Origin: Deinococcales bacterium
Lineage (GTDB): Bacteria > Deinococcota > Deinococci > Deinococcales > JAAFIG01
NCBI GenBank assembly: GCA_043778225.1
Contig: JAYWGM010000048.1
Span: forward strand, 1-64,000
Length of the DNA stretch: 64,000 nucleotides
Direction: 5' to 3'
Shown: piece by piece, positions 20,690-28,331 of the stretch
Layout of the letters: the number at the start of each line of letters is the position of its first letter
How positions within the stretch are numbered: position 1 is the first letter of the stretch
Notes under the pieces: generated by a model
Seen by the model: only the letters and a program-made list of their open reading frames with translations
Database searches by the model: none
Told to the model about the DNA's origin: nothing
Program-made: the position numbers and the translations under genes

Positions 20690-22576
20690 TTAGAAATTTG
20701 CATTTGCAGTGCTGGCAGTACCATTTACACCATTATTGTTTCCAGTACCACCTTGTACACCAAGTCCAAAGATAACACTGTTGGCATTGGCAGCCGTTCC
20801 GTAAGTAACAGTGAGGGCTGTGGCTGTACCTGCGGCAGCGTTGAATGCCGCGCCTCCGTTTGCGTTTCCGCCAGAACCACCTTTGCCAGTAAACGTTTGC
20901 CCTGAATTATTCATTGCAGAACCTGGCGCTCCGCCTTGTCCACCCGTAGCATTATTTGTATTGAAGATTGAAGCGGTGATGCTTAATGTGGCTGAATTCG
21001 CATTAAAAATTGCACCGCCTTGGGCTGTCCCGCCCAATCCGCCGATACCATTGGGATAACCAAAAGTAGGAGAACCCGCAGCGCCCGCACCACCAACACC
21101 ACCACTTGCTTTATTGCCACTCAAAAGACTGCTCGACTTAATGGTCAGTGTGCCAGAATTATAGATTGCACCGCCTTGAGCCGCCCCACCGACACCACCA
21201 TTAGCCTCACCATTGATACTAAAGCCTTGTACACCATTGCTACCGACATCACCTTGGGCTTTGTTATTTTGTAGTTTCATGTTGCTTAATATCAGTGTAC
21301 CAGCGTTTAGAATTGCAGCCCCTTGTGCAGAAGTACCAGAAACATAGCCATTACCGATGGTGAAGTTGTTCATGGTCACAGTATTACCAAATTGAATATC
21401 AAAAACACGCACATTACTGCTCGTAAAAGCAGTTGCCCCACCCAACACAGCCGCCGTTGGCGTGGCGTTGGTATTGGTGATGGTCAAGTTTCTACCAATT
21501 ACCAAGGTACTTAAAAGGGTGATGTTTTGACCGTTAATACCATTTAAGTTGATTGTACCACCTGGGGCAATATTGAGAATCGCACTGCGTAATGTTCCAG
21601 CGCCACTGTCTGCATTGCTCGAGACGTTGATGGTTGTTGGTGCTTGTACCAAATAAATCGCAGTCGGCGCAGCCACAGCCCGTGCTAAGCGCACACTCGG
21701 AATAAAACGGTTAGGCGCAGTAAGATAACTCGAGCCAGGCAAGATATTAACAGCAGCCCCTGTCAATTGGGCTGTTTGAATTGGAACACTGTTTAGGGCT
21801 TGTTGCTCGAGGCTTTGGGTGACTCTGGTTTGATCGTCTGTAACCACCAAAAAGTCCATTGAAAAGGTAAATGGGTCGTCAGTTATTGTGGTCTGCAATG
21901 GAAAACGTACAGCAAAAGTCACACGCCCATCGAATTGATTGGTGCTTGGGTTAGCAGCCAAGGCACGGTCTATTGGGTTAGCACTGGTGCGCCGAACCAC
22001 AAAACCATAATTGATTGGGACAACCCCAGCCGTGGTAAAACTCGAGACTTCAGATTCGTCAAAGACCTGAAAATCCTCTGCACCAGAACTGGTTTCGACC
22101 GCATTATTTAGGGCGTTATAGCGCATTCCATGGGTTGGCTTAAACGATTGCGCCAAGGCTGGCGTGGTCAAAAGTGTGCCACCATAACTTTTCATATCAG
22201 CAATTGCACTTTCGCCAAGACTGGTTGCGGTACTGACCGCCAAGAAACTGATATTGCTGTTGGCAGTTGTGTAGGCTGTGCCATTTGTGGCGGCGTTGCG
22301 AATATCGTAAGTCGCACTGACCCAGCGCTCGCCACCAGAACCTCGAGTACCAGTGGTAAAAGTGCTGGTATTGATTAGCTTCATTTGGATGCCACTGGCT
22401 GTGCCGATTAGGGTTTGTGGTTGCAATTTGGCATTTCCGTTTGCGCCACTCGAGTCAAGCAAAAAATTGACCCGCATCAGCCCTAGAACTTGTTGTGGTT
22501 CAGAACTGACTTGGGTACAGGCTGCCAAGGCAATGGCTGCCATAAAAGCAGTCGTAACATTTATAAAATTTTTCAT
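20690..22576 (-). CDS. Large surface lipoprotein with Gly-rich beta-helix-like (GGAIxN) C-terminal repeats
   Basis: Lipobox LAAC; DSGAGTLRSAI motif; repeated AQGGAI(Y/F)N units; AAGGAG RBS. Confidence 0.8.
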   Translation of the reverse strand: MKNFINVTTAFMAAIALAACTQVSSEPQQVLGLMRVNFLLDSSGANGNAKLQPQTLIGTASGIQMKLINTSTFTTGTRGSGGERWVSATYDIRNAATNGTAYTTANSNISFLAVSTATSLGESAIADMKSYGGTLLTTPALAQSFKPTHGMRYNALNNAVETSSGAEDFQVFDESEVSSFTTAGVVPINYGFVVRRTSANPIDRALAANPSTNQFDGRVTFAVRFPLQTTITDDPFTFSMDFLVVTDDQTRVTQSLEQQALNSVPIQTAQLTGAAVNILPGSSYLTAPNRFIPSVRLARAVAAPTAIYLVQAPTTINVSSNADSGAGTLRSAILNIAPGGTINLNGINGQNITLLSTLVIGRNLTITNTNATPTAAVLGGATAFTSSNVRVFDIQFGNTVTMNNFTIGNGYVSGTSAQGAAILNAGTLILSNMKLQNNKAQGDVGSNGVQGFSINGEANGGVGGAAQGGAIYNSGTLTIKSSSLLSGNKASGGVGGAGAAGSPTFGYPNGIGGLGGTAQGGAIFNANSATLSITASIFNTNNATGGQGGAPGSAMNNSGQTFTGKGGSGGNANGGAAFNAAAGTATALTVTYGTAANANSVIFGLGVQGGTGNNNGVNGTASTANANF

Positions 22577-22716
22577 TATTTTTCTCCTTTGGTTGGAATC
22601 TCGAGTTGAATTGGTACACGAATAGGTGAACCACCAATCAGCGCTACAAACACGCCTATCACCTCGAGTTTTGGAGTTTGATACCGAATTTTCTGGTTCT
22701 CATGACTGACTTGCAT
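22576..22716 (-). CDS. 46-aa peptide with lasso/RRE-type RiPP leader motif (YQTPKLEVIG)
   Basis: AAAGGAG RBS before ATG at 22716; YxxPxLxxxG motif; TAATG overlap with the lipoprotein start. Confidence 0.65.
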   Translation of the reverse strand: MQVSHENQKIRYQTPKLEVIGVFVALIGGSPIRVPIQLEIPTKGEK

Positions 22717-23062
22717 ACGACTCCTTTGAGCAACCATCTTGGGGGAAATAAAAGCCTCTTTGAACAAAGTCAGCCTAGCACGAATGGTGCTAATCTCACT
22801 ATAATTTTATAGTGCTGAACACAAAAAGACACAACTTGCAAGAGTAGGTAAACTCAGGTAATATATTACATACCAATATGACCGAACCCAAATTCTTCTC
22901 GAGCAACGGGCATTTGGATGTAACCATTGCGGGTTACAACGGCAATCCTCGAGTCCATTAAAAGCGCCATGTAGACCATTCCAACCGAATTTTGCCAGTA
23001 TCAGCGCGGCTTTTCTAAATCCAGCCCTCGAAATGTGTATAAATTTCTTGTAAACTCGAGCC

Positions 23063-23557
23063 ATGAAACGAATTGTGCCTCAAATTGGTCAAGAAAGCGT
23101 TTGGGATTATCCACGTCCACCAAGGCTCGAGCCGTGCAGCAAGCAGATTAAAATTATTACGGGCGGTTTGGTGCTGCTCGAGTCAACACGAGCTTTTCGG
23201 ATTCTCGAGACTTCACACCCACCCAGTTATTACGTGCCACCCGAGGACGTGAAGCTCGAGTTGCTGGCACGTGGCTCTGGCTCGAGCTACTGCGAATTTA
23301 AGGGCGAAGCAGCTTATTATGACCTAAAATCTGGGGTCAAAAATTCTGCTTGGTTTTATCCAAGTCCAACCAAAGCCTATACCGCAATTGCTGGGTATTT
23401 GGCGTTCTATCCATCTCGAGTGGTGCTGCAAGACGGCGACGGTTGCTTTGTGGATTCTGAACGTGTGATTCCGCAAGCTGGAAATTTTTATGCTGGTTGG
23501 ATTACCGCCGATGTGGTCGGTCCATTCAAAGGCGAAGTTGGAACTCAAGGTTGGTAA
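23063..23557 (+). CDS. DUF427 domain protein
   Basis: ESVWDYPRPP, LETSHPPSYY, CEFKG and FYAGWIT motifs. Confidence 0.9.
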   Translation: MKRIVPQIGQESVWDYPRPPRLEPCSKQIKIITGGLVLLESTRAFRILETSHPPSYYVPPEDVKLELLARGSGSSYCEFKGEAAYYDLKSGVKNSAWFYPSPTKAYTAIAGYLAFYPSRVVLQDGDGCFVDSERVIPQAGNFYAGWITADVVGPFKGEVGTQGW

Positions 23558-23973
23558 ACAAAACGCATCACAAAAGCACTTTCGGGACACGCACCTTGAA
23601 ATTCCACTGAGGCTTTCAGTTGGTTTGGTACATCGGCTCGAGTTATTTTTGTAAACCCAAACTGCATAAAGAAATTTTCAGCAGTTTCGGTCAGTAAAAT
23701 TATTTCTTCAATCCCAAGGCTTGTGGCATCTGCCAGCACTTTTTGAACAATCAACCCGCCCTTTCCTTCTCCGTGCCGACTCGAGACAACCGCAACCGAA
23801 CGCAGCAAGGCTGTTTGCCCATAAATCTCGAGTCCTGCTGTGGCAATCAAGTTTTCTTCGTCAAACAGCACCCAGAAGTTTGTTTGCTCGATTCCCTCGA
23901 GAACAAGGTTTGCCAATTGCAGAAGCGCTTTTATTTTCTTAAAGTCGGCTGATGTGGCTTTACGCAGTAGCAT
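23545..23973 (-). CDS. GNAT N-acetyltransferase, ArsN2-like
   Basis: ALLRSVAV, LLTETAENFF..FGF and SVEFQGACPESA motifs; follows arsR. Confidence 0.8.
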   Translation of the reverse strand: MLLRKATSADFKKIKALLQLANLVLEGIEQTNFWVLFDEENLIATAGLEIYGQTALLRSVAVVSSRHGEGKGGLIVQKVLADATSLGIEEIILLTETAENFFMQFGFTKITRADVPNQLKASVEFQGACPESAFVMRFVYQP

Positions 23974-24467
23974 CAGCAGCAAACCAGACTCGAGTTGGTC
24001 GGGGTACAACAACCGCCAGCCACTGAACCCAGCAAGGCATCGGCTTTGCGCTCAGCGCTTTTACAACGCACACCGTCTGGCTCGAGATAAACCACCAAGT
24101 TTTGACCATCGTCCTCGAGCTTGGCAATGCTGTAGCGTGCTGCCGGCTCGCCAGCCGAAGCGTATAAAAAAACCAGTTCGGATTCTTGGACAAAGTTTAC
24201 TTTTGGACTGACTTTGTTGTAAATGCTCAGGAATTTCCCAACGCTGATGTACTCGCGGTTTGGCTCGAGAGCGGTGCGCCAAAGTTCAATCACGGTTTCG
24301 GAAAACTTGTGTTCCATGCCGCCGCAGTCAACAGTATGGTACTCGAGGGCTTTGAATTCGGTGACATGATAGCCAACAGGTACACGCTGACCTTTACCAA
24401 TCTCAAAAACCATTGGGCGGGCGGTGTGTGGCTCGAGGTCGGTCAAAAACGATTGCAGATTTTTCAT
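23973..24467 (-). CDS. DUF6428-like protein
   Basis: VPVGYHVTEFK...VDCGG...ETVIELW motif; Cys-rich tail; AGGAG RBS. Confidence 0.75.
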   Translation of the reverse strand: MKNLQSFLTDLEPHTARPMVFEIGKGQRVPVGYHVTEFKALEYHTVDCGGMEHKFSETVIELWRTALEPNREYISVGKFLSIYNKVSPKVNFVQESELVFLYASAGEPAARYSIAKLEDDGQNLVVYLEPDGVRCKSAERKADALLGSVAGGCCTPTNSSLVCC

Positions 24468-24475
24468 GATTTCTC

Positions 24476-24658
24476 CTAAAACAGACAAGCGCAAGCAGCA
24501 TCAGCGCTGGTCAGGGCGAGTGGTATAGATTTTGGAATTGGGCGAAAGCGTTTTAGAAAGCTCAGCAAGGCTTGTTCAAATATAAATTGCTCGAGATGCG
24601 AAACTCGCACTTGGCGCTGAATGGCTTCTTGGTGATGTTGAATCAGGTATTCATTCAT
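24476..24658 (-). CDS. 60-aa hypothetical protein ending CACLF
   Basis: AAGGAG RBS upstream of ATG 24658; fills the gap between arsR and DUF6428. Confidence 0.55.
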   Translation of the reverse strand: MNEYLIQHHQEAIQRQVRVSHLEQFIFEQALLSFLKRFRPIPKSIPLALTSADAACACLF

Positions 24659-24679
24659 AAATCTCCTTATATCGAAATA

Positions 24680-24695
24680 CATCAATACGTTGATG
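24680..24695. promoter_or_regulatory. Putative ArsR operator CATCAA-N4-TTGATG
   Basis: Inverted repeat directly upstream of the ars-like genes. Confidence 0.5.
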
Positions 24696-24704
24696 CAAAA
24701 TTTT

Positions 24705-25028
24705 TTAACAACAACCCTCGAGATACCCTTGAACCATCCGAAAAACACGAATATCTAAGCTGTAGTACATCCATTTACCGCGTTTTTGGGCTTGTACCAG
24801 CCCAGCCGACAGTAAAGACTTCATATGATGGCTGACTGTAGATTGCGATAAACCTGTCACTTCCTCGAGGTCGCAGCCACAGATGCCATCGCCACAACAA
24901 CCAACGGCATCGGATGCCAAGTGGAGTACAATTTTCAGCCTTGCTGGGTCAGAAAGCGCCTTAAAAACCGATGCCACAGTCTCGAGCGCCACAAATTCTG
25001 GGGCTTTTGACTCGAGGGTTAAAAGCAT
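24705..25028 (-). CDS. arsR: ArsR/SmtB family transcriptional repressor
   Basis: FKALSDPARLKI...CGCDL...LSQSTVSHHMKSL..AGLV...KRGKWMYYSL. Confidence 0.9.
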   Translation of the reverse strand: MLLTLESKAPEFVALETVASVFKALSDPARLKIVLHLASDAVGCCGDGICGCDLEEVTGLSQSTVSHHMKSLLSAGLVQAQKRGKWMYYSLDIRVFRMVQGYLEGCC

Positions 25029-25052
25029 TGACACTAGCCAAATATAGACTAT

Positions 25053-25072
25053 ATATTGATAATTGTCAATAT
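25053..25072. promoter_or_regulatory. Near-palindromic operator ATATTGATAATTGTCAATAT
   Basis: Imperfect inverted repeat overlapping a minus-strand TTGACA upstream of arsR. Confidence 0.5.
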
Positions 25073-25104
25073 GTTCAACAGAATCATTTGGGTTAGAATG
25101 GCGT

Positions 25105-25716
25105 ATGAAAGACACGCCTTGGTGGATGTACGTTGTGGTGATTGCAATTGGTGTTGGTGTTGGTCTGTTGTTGCGCCCCATTATTCAAAACAGCAGTCTT
25201 GGCAATCCTCAAACTACGCCCAACATTCGCTGTGCTGGCGAACAGGGCAGCGAACTTGCCTTATCCGAGACGTTAAGCAGCAGTTTTGCTGGACAGACCC
25301 AAACAATTAGCCGCACTTACTTACTCGAGCGACCGGGGCAAGTGCCTTTACAATTTGAAGGTGGCAAAGACTCGGACAGCACTGTATTGACCTGCAACGC
25401 CGTGGCTTTTGGTCCTGGAGCGCGGGTTTCTTTTGCTCGAGCTTCCGAAATTCAGGTGATTGAGTTTCTTGGTCCAAGCGTTAAGCGTTTTGTTTTAGCC
25501 AACGACCAAGCCTTCTCGAGTTTTGCGCTTGAAGCTAAATTTAAGTTGGGCTTAAAGCTCGAGGATTACCGCCCACAAGCTGCACCAAGTCTCGAGGAAG
25601 CTGGAAAACGTGGACGGCTCGAGTTATCCCGAATCAAATCCGACCCTATTTTCCCAAGTCGGTTGGTGTTTACCACCACCAATGGCGGTGCGACTTGGAC
25701 ATTTCAAAAACGCTAA
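25105..25716 (+). CDS. Membrane-anchored hypothetical protein with C-terminal Asp-box-like motif
   Basis: N-terminal TM helix; TTNGGATW; TAGAAT shortly before ATG. Confidence 0.6.
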   Translation: MKDTPWWMYVVVIAIGVGVGLLLRPIIQNSSLGNPQTTPNIRCAGEQGSELALSETLSSSFAGQTQTISRTYLLERPGQVPLQFEGGKDSDSTVLTCNAVAFGPGARVSFARASEIQVIEFLGPSVKRFVLANDQAFSSFALEAKFKLGLKLEDYRPQAAPSLEEAGKRGRLELSRIKSDPIFPSRLVFTTTNGGATWTFQKR

Positions 25717-25801
25717 GCAGTTCGCGTCAGACACCTTAGCCAGATTTGTTACGGTACTGTAACGCCTTTGGCTGTAAAATGACTTGGTAAAGGAGTAAAC
25801 C

Positions 25802-27556
25802 ATGAAAAAAAGTTGGGGAGCATTACTTTTGGTTGGAGCGTTACTAAGTTTTCTCGAGGCAAAGGCGCAAAATGCCTATCCGCCAAGTGGATTTATAAAA
25901 GTTGGCAGCCAAGTTTCGCTCGAGTTGCGCCAGACGTGGAGCAGCACAGTTTCGGGCAAGGATGCCGATGGTGATTGGACTGGTGATGTTCGTGGCACAA
26001 ATGGCACAGTGGGTAAATTATTTGCTTTTTCGCAGAACAACAATGGCTTTGCTTTTCAGGTGGCGTATGCTGGCGCAAGCGAGTTTTGTATTTTGGCTGG
26101 TGCAAATGCGGTTGCAAGCTCGAGTGGCTCAAGTACCACTTATGTTGGAACACGTTTTTATAAACAAGGTACGGGTAGCACCAGCAACGATAACGCGCAA
26201 TGCCGTGTGACCGTTAGCAATGGTGGTGGCACAGTCACGCAACCCGTGCAACCCACACAGCCTATCCAGCCCCCAACGCTACCCAGCCCACAGGCGCAAA
26301 TTCCAGCCCTGACTTTTCCGCCACGTCTCGAGGTCGGGCAACGTTGGGAATTTAGGCTCGGCAACCGCCCGGTGATTTATCGCGGTGCTTTAACTGCCCT
26401 AGATTCAGCCCGAAATGTCTACACGGGGTCGCTGCTGACCGAAAATGCCCCAAATAGTGGTTTTGCTGGAGATACCATCAGAGAGCGTAAACTCGAGATG
26501 TTCTTTGCCCAAGATACCTTGGCGGCTTATGCCACCGACCCACAAGGCGGCGTGACCGTTTGTAGTTTTGCTGGGGCTGGGACTTTGCAAAATAACGTTT
26601 TAACTGGAGCAGTTTTTTACCGTGCGCCGGGTGCAAGCCAATTTAGCACCTTGACGGCTATCACCGATGCACCTTGTAAAATCAATCTCGAGCCAGTTGC
26701 CCAAGCCAATCAGCCCGTCTCCCCTATTCAGCCAATACAACCTACTCCGACTTTATCTGCCACCGTGCCAGCCCAAGTTGGCGATACATGGCGGGTTGCT
26801 GCTACTGGCTATGAACCTTGGATTCTCAGTTTCACAAGTTTAGACAAAGGTGATGCCGCCGGAACTGCCACACAAGGCACGGCTCGAGGTGAGACCTTGG
26901 GTATAAAACTTAGCAATGGCGGCTACAGTTTTCTGATTGGAATTACAAACCGAATTTTTGCTTGTACACTTGCTCCTAACGCAACCGCCCAAGGCGCAAC
27001 CCTAAATGGTTCGTTGTTTGAAATTGTGACCGTCGGCAATCAAAACCAAACTAAGGACTTAAATGCTTCTTGTGGTGCAACCCTCACGGCTCGAGGGGCA
27101 ACAGTTGTGACCCAACCAGTTCAAACATTAAGTGCTAATTTCCCACCAAGAGTGGGTCAGACTTGGACAATCACCATAGATGGGTTTGCCCCGTGGGTAA
27201 TTTTGTTTAAGGATATAGACAAAGACGGCGACCCAAGCGGCACTGGTTTACAAAATGGAATCGCCCGACAAGGCGTGGCTTTTCTTAACCAAGGTTCAAA
27301 AGTATTCTTGATGGCTGGCGATAATAACTTGCTGTACTACTGTATTTTTGCCGCCAATGTACAAGCAAATGGAGCTACCTTTTCGGGTGGTGTGGCATCA
27401 CAAGCTGCCCAAGGCGCACAAAGCCTTACACCACTCAATAAGTCTTGTACGGCAACCTTGACGGCACAACAACTCTTAAAGGCTGCCTCGGCTTCAATCG
27501 AAACTCGAGCTTCTTATACATTTCCAAACATTCTGCGACTGTTGCCGTTATTTTAA
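25802..27556 (+). CDS. Secreted protein with four tandem two-Cys domains and P/Q/T linkers
   Basis: Signal peptide, AAGGAG RBS, repeated VG(Q/D)xW...C...C units. Confidence 0.75.
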   Translation: MKKSWGALLLVGALLSFLEAKAQNAYPPSGFIKVGSQVSLELRQTWSSTVSGKDADGDWTGDVRGTNGTVGKLFAFSQNNNGFAFQVAYAGASEFCILAGANAVASSSGSSTTYVGTRFYKQGTGSTSNDNAQCRVTVSNGGGTVTQPVQPTQPIQPPTLPSPQAQIPALTFPPRLEVGQRWEFRLGNRPVIYRGALTALDSARNVYTGSLLTENAPNSGFAGDTIRERKLEMFFAQDTLAAYATDPQGGVTVCSFAGAGTLQNNVLTGAVFYRAPGASQFSTLTAITDAPCKINLEPVAQANQPVSPIQPIQPTPTLSATVPAQVGDTWRVAATGYEPWILSFTSLDKGDAAGTATQGTARGETLGIKLSNGGYSFLIGITNRIFACTLAPNATAQGATLNGSLFEIVTVGNQNQTKDLNASCGATLTARGATVVTQPVQTLSANFPPRVGQTWTITIDGFAPWVILFKDIDKDGDPSGTGLQNGIARQGVAFLNQGSKVFLMAGDNNLLYYCIFAANVQANGATFSGGVASQAAQGAQSLTPLNKSCTATLTAQQLLKAASASIETRASYTFPNILRLLPLF

Positions 27557-27673
27557 TTTGCGAGTTTGCCGCCTTTTGCGGTACAATATGCCGTTTTGAA
27601 TTCTCGAGCGCCCAAAGACTGGGCGCTCGTTTGCCACCCAAGCGTCTAAAAAGCGTTTGCAACAAGGAGATTT

Positions 27674-28237
27674 ATGATTAGCGTAACCGAATTAAGAAGC
27701 AACACCAAAGTCGAAATGGAAAATGGTTTATGGGAAACCATAGACTATATGCACCAAAAAATTGGTCGCGGCGGCGCAAAAGTCGTGGCAAAGTTTCGTA
27801 ACTTAGAAACTGGCAGCATTGTAGACCGCACTTTTAGCGCCACCGAAAAATTGCAAGATATTTTTATCGAAGGGCGCACAATGCAGTTTTTATATAAAGA
27901 CAGCGAAGACTTTGTTTTTATGGACATGGAAACCTTTGACCAACAAACCCTTCCGATGATTCTGGCTGGCGATTCGGCACGGTTCTTAAAAGAAAATACC
28001 GAAGTTGAAGTCCAGTTTTTCCGTGAAAAGCCATTAAAAATTAGCTTACCCAACATGGTGGTCTTAAAAATCATCGAAGCTGCCCCAGGCTTAAAAGGCG
28101 ATACCGCTTCGGGTGGTGGCACAAAAGCCGCCAAACTCGAGACTGGCACAACCATTCAAGTGCCACTTTTTATTGAACAAGAAGAGTCGGTCAAAGTGGA
28201 TACCCGCACTGGCGAATACCTTGGACGCTCGAATTAA
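27674..28237 (+). CDS. efp: Elongation factor P
   Basis: KIGRGGA, PGLKGDT...K.A.LETG..IQVPLFI and VDTRTGEY motifs. Confidence 0.97.
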   Translation: MISVTELRSNTKVEMENGLWETIDYMHQKIGRGGAKVVAKFRNLETGSIVDRTFSATEKLQDIFIEGRTMQFLYKDSEDFVFMDMETFDQQTLPMILAGDSARFLKENTEVEVQFFREKPLKISLPNMVVLKIIEAAPGLKGDTASGGGTKAAKLETGTTIQVPLFIEQEESVKVDTRTGEYLGRSN

Positions 28238-28242
28238 AAGCA

Positions 28243-28324
28243 AGGTAAAAAGGAGAAAGGGTCAAAAGGTTAAATATCTTAGCGAACACTCCATTTAACT
28301 TTTTCCCTTTTGACCTTTTTACCT
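28243..28324. repeat. Inverted array of AAAAGGT(T/C/A)-like units between convergent efp and ppc
   Basis: Purine arm AGGTAAAAAGG...AAAAGGTTAAAT, pyrimidine arm ATTTAACTTTT...CCTTTTTACCT. Confidence 0.65.
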
Positions 28325-28331
28325 AAGTTCT

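Noticed and set aside
22807..23064. 85-aa minus-strand ORF in the AT-rich intergenic region
   Set aside because: No RBS or motif; overlaps the promoter regions of the divergent genes.
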